NCBI GenBank assembly: GCA_028404565.1
Contig: JAOOBR010000005.1
Location: 2,454-66,453, forward strand
DNA: 64,000 nucleotides
Direction: 5' to 3'
Source of the DNA: Pseudomonadota bacterium
Lineage (GTDB): Bacteria > Pseudomonadota > Gammaproteobacteria > Magnimaribacterales > D2472
Below are positions 18,462 through 30,129 of the stretch, piece after piece; the stretch's first letter is position 1; each line of letters opens with the position of its first letter. Position numbers and translations under genes: made by a program. Below the pieces are notes generated by a model that had not been told where the DNA came from, made no database searches, and saw nothing but the letters and a program-made list of their open reading frames with translations.

Positions 18462-19528
18462 ATACAACAAAAGAAATCATTGATGACCTTAAAGAAGGGA
18501 AAATGGTTATTATCGTCGATGATGAAGATAGGGAGAATGAGGGCGACCTAGTTTGTGCAGCAGATAAAGTTGATTCAGATATTGTTAACTTTATGGCAAA
18601 ACATGGAAGAGGCTTAATTTGTCTAACGCTTACCAAAGAAAAGTGCTCTGTTCTGGGCTTAAAACAAATGACTGATTCTAATGAATCCACTAATAAAACT
18701 GCTTTTACTGTATCCATAGAGGCAAAAGAAGGTATAACTACAGGAATTTCTGCTCAAGATAGAGCTACAACTATTCTTGCAGCTGTTAACCCAGATGCAA
18801 CTAAAAAAGACATTGCTCAACCTGGCCATGTTTTTCCACTGCAAGCAATGGACGGCGGTGTTCTAGCAAGAGCTGGTCATACCGAAGCTTCTTGCGATCT
18901 AGCAGAACTTGCAGGATATTCTCCATCAGGTGTCATTTGCGAAATCATGAATGATGACGGCTCAATGGCAAGAAGAGATGATCTTATTGAGTTCGCTAAA
19001 AAACATAGTTTAAAGATTGGTACTATTGCTGATTTAATTGATTTTAGACTGACAACTGAAGCAACTGTAAAGGAGGTTGAAAAAAGATCTGTTGAAACAG
19101 AATTTGGAGAATTTGAGTTAAGGATTTGGGAAGATATGCTAGAAAAAAACTTTCATTTTTCTTTATCGAAAGGTGATATCCAAAATATAGATGCACCATT
19201 AGTCAGAGTTCAAACGCAAAGCGTTTTACAGGACACGTTAGCAATTAATGATCTTGGAAAGAAGTGGTCAGTTAGGAATTCCCTGAAAAAGATATCAAAA
19301 TCTGAAGCAGGTGTATTTGTTTTAATAAATCATAGAGATGCTAGTAGTTATTGGCTCTCTTTACTTGAAGGTAAAGAGCTAACAAAAAAAAGCAGAAGAG
19401 TTATTGGAGCCGGATCTCAAATTTTAAGAGATCTGGGGCTCACAAAAATAAAAGTTCTAGGTACCCCAACTCAATATAATAATATTTCTGGATTTAACAT
19501 TGAAATAGTAGGTTTTGAAAATGACTAA
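18458..19528 (+). CDS. ribB: 3,4-dihydroxy-2-butanone-4-phosphate synthase fused to a degenerate GTP cyclohydrolase II-like domain (RibBX type)
   Basis: N-terminal DHBP synthase (DDEDRENEGDL, GHTEAS). The C-terminal domain aligns to RibA but reads VRVQTQSVLQDTLAINDLGKKW where the zinc-binding Cys residues are expected. Confidence 0.88.
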   Translation: MNTTKEIIDDLKEGKMVIIVDDEDRENEGDLVCAADKVDSDIVNFMAKHGRGLICLTLTKEKCSVLGLKQMTDSNESTNKTAFTVSIEAKEGITTGISAQDRATTILAAVNPDATKKDIAQPGHVFPLQAMDGGVLARAGHTEASCDLAELAGYSPSGVICEIMNDDGSMARRDDLIEFAKKHSLKIGTIADLIDFRLTTEATVKEVEKRSVETEFGEFELRIWEDMLEKNFHFSLSKGDIQNIDAPLVRVQTQSVLQDTLAINDLGKKWSVRNSLKKISKSEAGVFVLINHRDASSYWLSLLEGKELTKKSRRVIGAGSQILRDLGLTKIKVLGTPTQYNNISGFNIEIVGFEND

Positions 19529-19940
19529 AAATGATGAAATCCTGATTATCCATACCAGCTGGTATGCAGATTTTATTAATGAGATGACGGGCGCGGCTTT
19601 GGAAAGATTAGGATCTGAGGATTGTATGATTAAATCCTTCAAAGCACCTGGGTCACTTGAAATCTCAGCCTTAGCCAAAGCAAAGATTACTTCTAAAACA
19701 AAAGGAATTCTTGCTATAGGAATTGTCATAAGAGGTGAAACATCACATTACGACTTGGTCAGCAATGAAACTTTTAGATCACTGGGACAGCTAGCTCTTG
19801 ATTATCCTGATATTTCAATAATAAATGGCGTAATTTGTGTAGATAACAAAGATCAACTTGAAAAAAGATATATCACTACAACAACAAATAATGCCAATGC
19901 TTTAATAGCTCTCATTAATGAAAAATCTAGCAAAACATAA
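19515..19940 (+). CDS. ribH: 6,7-dimethyl-8-ribityllumazine synthase
   Basis: 141 aa, divergent but recognisable (SWYADF..., VIRGETSHYDLVSNE). Conserved position between ribB and nusB. Confidence 0.8.
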   Translation: MKMTKNDEILIIHTSWYADFINEMTGAALERLGSEDCMIKSFKAPGSLEISALAKAKITSKTKGILAIGIVIRGETSHYDLVSNETFRSLGQLALDYPDISIINGVICVDNKDQLEKRYITTTTNNANALIALINEKSSKT

Positions 19941-20319
19941 AATAGCTGTTAAAACTAGAGAAGTCTTAGTTCAAGCAATTTATCAGCATTTATTTGAGAA
20001 AACTCCTTCTAAAGAAATATTAAAACAGTTTAAAAAAGAACATCGGCCTGAAAAAGTAGACTTTAAAAGATTTAAACTTTGTATAGATGCACTCATTAAA
20101 GACAACGAGGCTATTGAGAGAACTATTTCAAAAAAAATGAAAATTAAAGAAAATGAAATTGAGCTTATTGATAAAGCAATCTTGTGTCTTGGCATAATAG
20201 AAATGAATAATGAAATAGCACCAAGACCTGTTGTCATTGATGAATGTATAAGGTTAACAAAAAAGTTCTCTAATCCTGAATCATATAAATTTATAAATGC
20301 AAGTTTAGATAAAATTTAG
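19918..20319 (+). CDS. nusB: Transcription antitermination factor NusB
   Basis: 133 aa with REVLVQAIYQ-type N-terminus. Conserved ribH-nusB order. Confidence 0.85.
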   Translation: MKNLAKHKIAVKTREVLVQAIYQHLFEKTPSKEILKQFKKEHRPEKVDFKRFKLCIDALIKDNEAIERTISKKMKIKENEIELIDKAILCLGIIEMNNEIAPRPVVIDECIRLTKKFSNPESYKFINASLDKI

Positions 20320-20330
20320 CTGAGATAAAT

Positions 20331-22425
<2,095 letters not shown>

Positions 22426-22427
22426 AC

Positions 22428-23468
22428 TTAATCCTCATCCTCATCTTGTGTTTGTTGCAAAATATCACCCAAGGGAAGAAGTGTTATATTGCTTCCTTCA
22501 TTGACATCAATCATTATTTTGGTTGAATCTGAATAAACTTTTTTCATCGCATCAAGATGGATTCTCTTTCTAACTACTTCAGGATTCTTTTTATACTCAT
22601 CATAAACTTCATTAAATCTTACAACTTCACCTTCAGCAGTAAGTATTACTTGTTCTTTATATGCTTCAGCAGCTTTGATAGTTGCCTCAGCCTGACCTCT
22701 TGCTTCAGGGACAATAGTAAGAGCATATCTTTCAGCCTCATTTTGAAGCCTAATCTTGTCTTCTCTTGCAGCAACCACATCATCAAAAGCAGCTTTTACA
22801 GCAACCGGCGGATCAGTTTTTTCAATGTTAACTTGTTGAACTATTAGTCCAGCTTGATAAATATCAAGGTATTCTTGAAGCCTGTCTCCAACATCTTGAG
22901 CTATCTTCTCTCTTCCTACTGTTAGAGTTTGTTCCAATGAGTTATCACCTACAACAAATCTCAATGCACTCTCTGTAGCCTTTCTCAGGCTTGCTTCTGG
23001 ATCTCTAACATTGAGAACAAAGTCTTTGATATTGCTTATTCTGTATTGAACTGAAACTGTAACATCGACTAAATTCTCGTCTTGTGTAAGCATATTTGCT
23101 GTTTGAGAATATCTTCTCGTAAGGGCTACATCCTCTTTAAATCTTTGATCGATTCCAAATAACATAAAGTTAAGACCTTCTGTTGTCTCTTTGTGGTACT
23201 CACCAAGTCTTAAGATAACTACTCTTTCACCAGGCTGAACTGTATAGATGGATGCAGATAGATAGACGACTGCTAATATAAAAAATCCATAACCAAGAAA
23301 TCTACTAGGTGAAAAATTAAAACCGCCGCCTGATGATGAGCCTTTTCCGCCACCAGACTTGCTGCCCAAGATAGAAGAAAATCTCTTTAGAAGATCATCA
23401 AAGTCTTGATCATTTCCATTAGAGCGATTGCCCCAAGGGTCCTTATTATCCTGATTATCCCAATTCAT
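22428..23468 (-). CDS. hflK: Protease modulator HflK (SPFH/band-7)
   Basis: 346 aa. Gly/Ser-rich N-terminus, TM, SPFH domain. Conserved hflK-hflC-purA order. Confidence 0.9.
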   Translation of the reverse strand: MNWDNQDNKDPWGNRSNGNDQDFDDLLKRFSSILGSKSGGGKGSSSGGGFNFSPSRFLGYGFFILAVVYLSASIYTVQPGERVVILRLGEYHKETTEGLNFMLFGIDQRFKEDVALTRRYSQTANMLTQDENLVDVTVSVQYRISNIKDFVLNVRDPEASLRKATESALRFVVGDNSLEQTLTVGREKIAQDVGDRLQEYLDIYQAGLIVQQVNIEKTDPPVAVKAAFDDVVAAREDKIRLQNEAERYALTIVPEARGQAEATIKAAEAYKEQVILTAEGEVVRFNEVYDEYKKNPEVVRKRIHLDAMKKVYSDSTKIMIDVNEGSNITLLPLGDILQQTQDEDED

Positions 23469-23531
23469 AACGCTTATTATATATGTTTAACATTAATATA
23501 TGGATGAAAGAAGATAATTAAACAAATTATT

Positions 23532-24470
23532 TTAAAAAATTTGCTCTTCTAAATATTTCTCAATTTCAATAGCTGAGTTGATATCAAAAGTTTTTGAGAA
23601 ATTAAAACTTCTCATCCAAGTAAGCTGTCTTTTTACCAATTGTCTTGTGGAAATGGCGCACTTCTCCTCAAGCTCATTGGCATCTAATTCTCCATTAATT
23701 ACTTGAATTGCTTCTTTGTAATTAATTGAATTAAGAGCTGGATGATTTTTTGCGATATTGTCTAATTTAATTATTTCTTGAGCTTCCTTAATTAAGCCCA
23801 TGTTGACCATTTCTGCTATTCTTTCTCGTATGCTTGCTTGAAGAATCTCCCTTTCGATTGGAAAAATTCCTAAATTTATAAACTCAAATTCTTCAAAGAT
23901 ATTTTTAATATCTTTTTTTTTGAAATCAGAAATCTTCTTACCTGATATTCTGAAGACCTCGAGAGCCCTCATTATTCTCTGTTTATCATTTTTCTTTATA
24001 GTTTTAGCTGACTCTGGATCTATTTCTTTCAATTCATTAAATAGTTTATCAACTCCTATATTATCAAGCTCTCGCTGAAGCTCCTCCCTGATAGCTTCAT
24101 TTCCTTCAGGTATATCATTTATTCCCTTAAATAGAGCATTGAAGTACATCATTGTTCCTCCAACAAGCAAAGGAATCCTATTATTTGAATGCGCTTGCAT
24201 GACAATTCTGTAGGCCTGATCATAAAAATCTTTTACTGAAAAAATATTTTCTGGATCAATACTATCAACTAAGTGATGCTTGTATTTTTCAAGGATTTCT
24301 TTGGTAGGCTTAGCAGATCCAATATTAAATCTTTTATAAATTTGAACTGAGTCTACGCCTATGATTGAAATTGGAAATTTTTTTATTAAATGAACTGCAG
24401 TAGAAGTTTTATTGCATGCAGTTGGTCCAATCAGGGTAATTATTTTCTTTTTAATCTTGCTATTCTGCAA
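23532..24470 (-). CDS. miaA: tRNA dimethylallyltransferase
   Basis: 312 aa with an IPPT-family P-loop (LIGPTACNKTS) and DSVQIYK motif. Confidence 0.9.
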   Translation of the reverse strand: MQNSKIKKKIITLIGPTACNKTSTAVHLIKKFPISIIGVDSVQIYKRFNIGSAKPTKEILEKYKHHLVDSIDPENIFSVKDFYDQAYRIVMQAHSNNRIPLLVGGTMMYFNALFKGINDIPEGNEAIREELQRELDNIGVDKLFNELKEIDPESAKTIKKNDKQRIMRALEVFRISGKKISDFKKKDIKNIFEEFEFINLGIFPIEREILQASIRERIAEMVNMGLIKEAQEIIKLDNIAKNHPALNSINYKEAIQVINGELDANELEEKCAISTRQLVKRQLTWMRSFNFSKTFDINSAIEIEKYLEEQIF

Positions 24471-24471
24471 T

Positions 24472-25716
24472 TTACAAACTAATTCTAATCAATGAAAGTT
24501 GGCGCCTTGTTGCTCCGATATTTTTTTCAACAACTGTGTTTGCATTACGAATCATACCTTCTCTAAAGTCTTCTTGATTCTTATAGGTTTTGCAAAAAAG
24601 TTCAAATATATCCAATGGAGTTCTCACAATGTGTGTTGCATCAGCATTTATGAAAGATTCAACAATATTTTTAAAATTAAAATAGTGTTCTCCCAATATA
24701 AATGGGCACTGAGCTATTGCAGGTTCAATAATATTATGGCCTCCTCTGTTTACTAAACTTCCTCCAACAAAAGCTAGCTGAGCATCTGCGTAAAGTGTGG
24801 GAAGAATTCCAAGCGATTTAACTATTAAAATATCTGATGAAGTCTCATCTTCATTTTCATAAATTGACTTTGATCCCATATTAAGAAAAAGGGCTTTAAT
24901 TTTATTTGCCCGCTCTGGGTGGCGAGGCACAACAACTAACTTAACTGATGGAAAATCTCTTTTTATCAAGTTAAAAGAATCCAAAATAATTTTATCCTCT
25001 CCCTCATGGGTGGATGCAGCTAGAAAATATGGATGCTCTAAAAACTTCTTAAAACTTAGTGATTCTGATTTACTAAAATCAGATCCTTGGTCAAATTTAA
25101 CTGAGCCTGTGACGTGAATATTTTTGCAGCCAAGTTGATGATAGTAATTCTTATCTTCATCTCCTTGAGCCATGACAAGATCAAGATTAGAGAAAACTTT
25201 TTTAAAAAAGATATTAAGCTTCATATATTTTTTAAAACTCTTTTTAGATAGTCTTCCATTGCTAACAATAGATGGTATCTCCAGCGCCTTGCATAAATGG
25301 ATAGAGTTTGGCCAAATTTCTGTCTCAAAAAAGATAGCTGCCTTAGGTTTTGCTTTATTTAGAAAGAGCAAAGTAAAAAAATAAAAATCCCATGGCGCAT
25401 ATGCAATATCAACTCGCTTATTATCAAAAAAAAGTTGGTTTGCTTTTTTAAATCCTGTTCCAGTTGTTGTAGTAAGAATGACTTTATGATCCTTTGATAG
25501 CTTTCTAACTAAATCACTCGAAGAAATTACTTCTCCTAAACTTACTGAATGAAACCATATTGATTCAAGGCCAGGTTCCATAGATGTTGATAAGACGCCA
25601 AACCTATTTTTTAGATTCTTTAAATAACTTGCATCTCCAATTGCTTTGAAAAAGATCCTGATAATAAATATTGGGGTTAAAACCAGAAAAATGAGATTAT
25701 AGATAAAGATAAGCAT
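24472..25716 (-). CDS. waaA: 3-deoxy-D-manno-octulosonic acid (Kdo) transferase
   Basis: 414 aa. N-terminal anchor, HSVSLGEV motif, GT30-like C-terminal half (GGHNIIEPA). Confidence 0.9.
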   Translation of the reverse strand: MLIFIYNLIFLVLTPIFIIRIFFKAIGDASYLKNLKNRFGVLSTSMEPGLESIWFHSVSLGEVISSSDLVRKLSKDHKVILTTTTGTGFKKANQLFFDNKRVDIAYAPWDFYFFTLLFLNKAKPKAAIFFETEIWPNSIHLCKALEIPSIVSNGRLSKKSFKKYMKLNIFFKKVFSNLDLVMAQGDEDKNYYHQLGCKNIHVTGSVKFDQGSDFSKSESLSFKKFLEHPYFLAASTHEGEDKIILDSFNLIKRDFPSVKLVVVPRHPERANKIKALFLNMGSKSIYENEDETSSDILIVKSLGILPTLYADAQLAFVGGSLVNRGGHNIIEPAIAQCPFILGEHYFNFKNIVESFINADATHIVRTPLDIFELFCKTYKNQEDFREGMIRNANTVVEKNIGATRRQLSLIRISL

Positions 25717-25761
25717 AGTTTATTACTCTGGTTAGTATAATAACTGCGCAACAGGATTTAA

Positions 25762-26619
25762 ATGAAATTTATCAATCAAAAGATAGGCGTATTTTTTTGG
25801 AAGCTAATTGTTGCTTTTCCAAATAACTTTCAAAATGTTTTAGCAAATATTTTATTTTTCTTTCTAAAAAACACCAATCTTAAAAGAAATATTTTTAGTA
25901 AAAAAAATATTGATGCTGCTTTTCCTAACTTTAATAAGCAAGAAAAAATAAATCTTTTTAATAAAAATCTCAATTCGATGATTCGTGGAATATTTGATAC
26001 TGGTAAAGCGTGGTTTTGGAGTGATTCAAAGATAAATTCTTTAATTAAATATGAAATATTTGGTTTAAATAAGCTTATTGCAACCAAAGGCAACCTTCTC
26101 ATTTTTAAACACTCCCATCATTTAGAGCTAGACTCAAGAATACTAGGAATGCATTGTGAGCTTTACGGAGTAGAAAGAACACATAACTCGCCCTTCATGC
26201 AGAAAGTACAGAGCATGGGAAGATTGAAAGGGCTTAATGCTCTCGCTGATAAGAATTCACCAATTACATTCATTAAATGGCTCAAGAAAAATAAAACTGT
26301 TCTTTATGCGATTGATCAAGATTATGGCTTAAAGAATAGTTCGAATGTAGATTTTTTTGGCATTAAAACAGCTACTACAAATGCTCCTGTCAAAATTGTA
26401 GATGCAACTCAATGCAGCGTTTTGTTTTTAAATTCATACTATGACTCAGATAAATTAATTCTTTGTATTGAAAGGATAGATATCTCAGATTCAAGATCGA
26501 TGATTCAAGATATCTCGTCACATGTCGAGGCTAGAATTAGAGAGAAGCCATCAGAATATTTATGGCAACACAGGAGATTCAAATCAACTTTGGGAAAGGA
26601 AAGTTTTTATGAGCGCTAA
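25762..26619 (+). CDS. lpxL: Lipid A biosynthesis (Kdo)2-lipid IVA acyltransferase, LpxL/HtrB family
   Basis: 285 aa of the lysophospholipid-acyltransferase family, with an HSHHLELD (HX4E-type) motif. Divergent from waaA. Confidence 0.75.
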   Translation: MKFINQKIGVFFWKLIVAFPNNFQNVLANILFFFLKNTNLKRNIFSKKNIDAAFPNFNKQEKINLFNKNLNSMIRGIFDTGKAWFWSDSKINSLIKYEIFGLNKLIATKGNLLIFKHSHHLELDSRILGMHCELYGVERTHNSPFMQKVQSMGRLKGLNALADKNSPITFIKWLKKNKTVLYAIDQDYGLKNSSNVDFFGIKTATTNAPVKIVDATQCSVLFLNSYYDSDKLILCIERIDISDSRSMIQDISSHVEARIREKPSEYLWQHRRFKSTLGKESFYER

Positions 26620-27223
26620 GTTAGATCGGTTTAAGAACATAAAAGGTTTTCTTCATCCAGATGAAGGAAAATTCCTATATGAGCTCTCTTCAAGAGAATG
26701 TAGAGAGAGATTTGCTGTTGAAATTGGCTCCTATTGTGGCAAATCTGCTTGCTATATTGGTTTAGCTTGTAAAGAAAATGATACTAAGTTATTTTCCATT
26801 GATCATCATAGAGGATCAGAAGAGCAGCAATTTGGTGAAGAGTATTTTGATGAAGAGATCTACGATTATGAAAAGAAAAGAGTTGACACCTATCCTCTTT
26901 TTATAAGCAACATAAAAAAATTTGATCTCGTTGATACTGTTATTCCAGTAGTGGATAGTTCTGTGGAAGCATCTAAAAAAATTGAAGATGATTTAGACCT
27001 TGTTTTTATTGATGGAAGTCACACTTTTGAGTCAGCAACAGACGATTATTTTTCATGGAGAGATAAAATAAGAATTGGTGGTATCTTAGCAATTCATGAT
27101 ATTTATGACTCAGAATTAGAGGGAGGCCAAGCTCCTAGAGAAATTTATGAAAAAGCATTAGTTGAAAAATTTGAGCTAATAGATAGAGTACACAGCTTGG
27201 TTGCTCTCAGAAAGCTAGGCTAA
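26609..27223 (+). CDS. Class I SAM-dependent methyltransferase (Methyltransf_24 / CmcI-like)
   Basis: VEIGSYCGKSACYIGLA, LVFIDGSHTFE and GGILAIHDI motifs. ATG at 26609 chosen (11-nt overlap with lpxL); the track ORF starts further upstream, inside lpxL. Confidence 0.75.
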   Translation: MSAKLDRFKNIKGFLHPDEGKFLYELSSRECRERFAVEIGSYCGKSACYIGLACKENDTKLFSIDHHRGSEEQQFGEEYFDEEIYDYEKKRVDTYPLFISNIKKFDLVDTVIPVVDSSVEASKKIEDDLDLVFIDGSHTFESATDDYFSWRDKIRIGGILAIHDIYDSELEGGQAPREIYEKALVEKFELIDRVHSLVALRKLG

Positions 27224-28183
27224 GAATACATTTCTTTTTTTTGAGATCCCAAATACACAATCTGCAGCAATGATAACTGCTGCATTTGTCCAAGTTGAAA
27301 ACTCATCAGGCCATAAAATATCTAATTTATATTGATAGCCAGTTGGGAATATTCCTCTGTTATCTTGAAATCTCATAATTTCTTCTAAAATCTTTTTGGC
27401 ATCTTCTTTTCTGTTCATTTTTACTAGGCTAATTATAAATTCTGAAGATTCTGCAAAAGTTACCCATGGCTCTTCAATAACACATTTAATTCCTAATCCT
27501 TCATTATAAAAATTGCTAAAAGTCTTACTAATCATCTCATCGTCTCCAATACCACATAAAAAAGGATAATAATTATCCATGGAAAACCTTTTCCTGCTTA
27601 TGCCATCACGATCAAATTTCTTTGAATTAATTTTTTCTTGATTCAGAAGTATCTTTTCATGATTGCAATTCAAACCTAAAGTAACAGCAATTTTTTCATA
27701 TGTTTTTAATGAGATGTGAACTGAGCATGAGGCAGTTATTAGAGAATTATCAGAATAACCATCTTCGTCCTTTGCCCAAAATAAGAATCCTTCTGAGTCT
27801 GCAAAGGCCAAGGTTGAATTGTATACAGACTGTATTTCTTTTTTGTACTTAACTAAGTAATCAATATCATTGTCAATTAAAAATTTTTGGTAAAGAGGAA
27901 GAAAAACATATGGTGCATGATGGCTTTCAGTATATCCCTTAGAAACTTTTCCATTAATGAATTCTGATGCAATTTCACCTTCAGCATTTAAATTATTAAA
28001 GAACCATTCAATGCCCTTATTAAATGCATCCCACTCTTCATATATTGCTAGAGCTATTAAACACTCACAGTGATCCCAAGGATCACACTTGCCTCTATGG
28101 TCCCAGTATATTGATCCACTCTTATTTTGATTTTCAATTATCCAATCCTTAGCAGGAACTAATTGATGTTTAATCATTTTCAT
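27215..28183 (-). CDS. Hypothetical (alpha/alpha)6-toroid-like protein (prenyltransferase / terpene-cyclase-like fold)
   Basis: 322 aa. WIIENQNKSGSIYWDHRGKCDPWDHCECLIALAIY pattern and repeated aromatic-rich helices. Last gene of the GT4-MT-toroid operon (ATGA overlap). Confidence 0.5.
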   Translation of the reverse strand: MKMIKHQLVPAKDWIIENQNKSGSIYWDHRGKCDPWDHCECLIALAIYEEWDAFNKGIEWFFNNLNAEGEIASEFINGKVSKGYTESHHAPYVFLPLYQKFLIDNDIDYLVKYKKEIQSVYNSTLAFADSEGFLFWAKDEDGYSDNSLITASCSVHISLKTYEKIAVTLGLNCNHEKILLNQEKINSKKFDRDGISRKRFSMDNYYPFLCGIGDDEMISKTFSNFYNEGLGIKCVIEEPWVTFAESSEFIISLVKMNRKEDAKKILEEIMRFQDNRGIFPTGYQYKLDILWPDEFSTWTNAAVIIAADCVFGISKKRNVFLA

Positions 28184-28884
28184 AACTTCTTAAAATAAAA
28201 AGAAGTACTTTTCCCTAGAAATGGATTAAGAAGGCTATCCAAGACTCTCAAAATCATAGGATTTCTCAAAATTTGTATCTCTAATATCTTTTTATAAATT
28301 TTCACAAGAAAATTTCTGTCTTGAGATGACCAAAATAGACACCTAAGCCACCAATAAGGACTATGCAAGGCATGATACTTTTCAGTCCTCTCTAAGCAAT
28401 AACCCTTTTCTTCAACTTTTTCTTGAAGAGCACTTTTTCTAAATATTCTTACATGACCACCTGGCATATTTTGGTAATCTTTTGAAAGCAACCAACAAAT
28501 TTTTTCTGGAAAATAAGATGGCACGCTTATAAGTAAATTACCACCAGGCTTAAGCAGTCTTGTTAACTCCTTAAGAGTTGCATCGACATCTGCAACATGC
28601 TCTAAAACTTCAGAACAAATTATTGTCTCAAAGGCATTGTCACTGAAGGGTAAGTTATAAACAGAGCCTTGGAGGAATATTGATTCTTTATTAGAGATGG
28701 AGCTAAATAAAGTTAAGTTTGTTTTCCCTTCTTGAAGCGAATCAGAGTCTAAATCAACTCCAACACAAGTTATATCAGGAAACTGATCCATGAAACCAAA
28801 AACATGCCTTCCAGGTCCACATCCAGCATCAAGCATAAAAGAATCTTTTTCTGGACTAATGTTATTAAAATTAAACGTTAGCAT
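28180..28884 (-). CDS. Class I SAM-dependent methyltransferase (Methyltransf_11-like)
   Basis: 234 aa with LDAGCGPGRH motif I and LKPGGNLLISVP. Overlaps both neighbouring genes. Confidence 0.8.
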   Translation of the reverse strand: MLTFNFNNISPEKDSFMLDAGCGPGRHVFGFMDQFPDITCVGVDLDSDSLQEGKTNLTLFSSISNKESIFLQGSVYNLPFSDNAFETIICSEVLEHVADVDATLKELTRLLKPGGNLLISVPSYFPEKICWLLSKDYQNMPGGHVRIFRKSALQEKVEEKGYCLERTEKYHALHSPYWWLRCLFWSSQDRNFLVKIYKKILEIQILRNPMILRVLDSLLNPFLGKSTSFYFKKL

Positions 28885-30125
28885 GAATTAAATTTTTCTA
28901 TTGTCTCTAAAAATTGTTCTTCGTAATCTAATGCAATTTTCTGCCAATTAAAAGTTTCATTTGCATATGCAGATCCTTTTTTAGCAAGGTCATTAAATGC
29001 AGACCTATTTAGATAAAAATTTTCAATGCAATCTTTTAGGGCATCTGAATTTCCAGGCTCATATAACTGTCCAAAGTCTTGAACAATTTCAGGGAGTGCT
29101 GAGGAATTTGAAGAAATAATTGGTGTTCCACATGCCATTGCCTCAGCTGCAGGAAAACCAAAACCTTCATACAAAGAACTAATAACTGCAAGAGAGCTAG
29201 ACTGATATTCATATGCAACCTCTTCCTTAGAAAGATTTGTTTTGAAGGAAACATGATTAGAAAGATTGAGTTGTCTTATAATTCTTTCTGTGTGGCCGTT
29301 CTCTCTGGGATTTCCAACAACTGAAAGTTTTATATTTGGATATTTATCTAAAATTAATGAAATAGCTGTAAGTGTAGTGTCTAGTCCTTTTAAAGGAATG
29401 TCAGCACTTGCCACAGTTACGATTTTAAATCTTTCTCTTTCTAACTCATTATTTTTCTTAAAAACTGTGAGATCTAGTCCATTCGGAATAACAGCAATTT
29501 TGTTTGGATCAATATTAAAATCAAGCGCTATATCTTTCTTTGAGTTAAAGGAGGGTGTAATTACCTTTTTAAGATTAGGTGCTACTGTTTTATTCATTTT
29601 AAGAAACGAATACCATCTTTTTTTAAAAAATCTTTGCATAAAGCCATTTGAATAAATTAGATCATATTTAAAGTCTTTTGTTATAGGGTGATGAATTATT
29701 TCAACAAAAGGATAATTTTTTTGAATTTCTAATATCCCCGAGCTAAGAGACTGATTGTCAATAACGATGTCATAGTCTTTTTTTTGTGAGAGATATTTCT
29801 TAACTCTCTCACCGAAAGTGTACATTTCTGGGAAGCCACCAATCAAAGTTTTAAAAAAATCATAATAATCGAGGATATCTTTATTTTTTTTGTTCCAAAG
29901 CTTTAAAGCCCTATCTCTAAAACTAAATGTTTCAAATAAATTTAAACCTTCCAATTTAATTAATTTAATTCCTGGATCGAGAATTGGCATCGGAGGTCCT
30001 GAAATGATATCTATTTCATGTCCCCTTTTTGAAAGAGCATTTGAAAGTTCTTTAACAAAAATGCCTTGGCCACCTGAGAAAGGTGCGCTCCTATAACTTA
30101 GTAGTGCAATCTTTAATTTATGCAA
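28878..30125 (-). CDS. Glycosyltransferase family 4 (GT-B fold)
   Basis: 415 aa with the EX7E region SLYEGFGFPAAEAMACGTPIISS. Confidence 0.88.
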   Translation of the reverse strand: MHKLKIALLSYRSAPFSGGQGIFVKELSNALSKRGHEIDIISGPPMPILDPGIKLIKLEGLNLFETFSFRDRALKLWNKKNKDILDYYDFFKTLIGGFPEMYTFGERVKKYLSQKKDYDIVIDNQSLSSGILEIQKNYPFVEIIHHPITKDFKYDLIYSNGFMQRFFKKRWYSFLKMNKTVAPNLKKVITPSFNSKKDIALDFNIDPNKIAVIPNGLDLTVFKKNNELERERFKIVTVASADIPLKGLDTTLTAISLILDKYPNIKLSVVGNPRENGHTERIIRQLNLSNHVSFKTNLSKEEVAYEYQSSSLAVISSLYEGFGFPAAEAMACGTPIISSNSSALPEIVQDFGQLYEPGNSDALKDCIENFYLNRSAFNDLAKKGSAYANETFNWQKIALDYEEQFLETIEKFNSC

Positions 30126-30129
30126 AATA

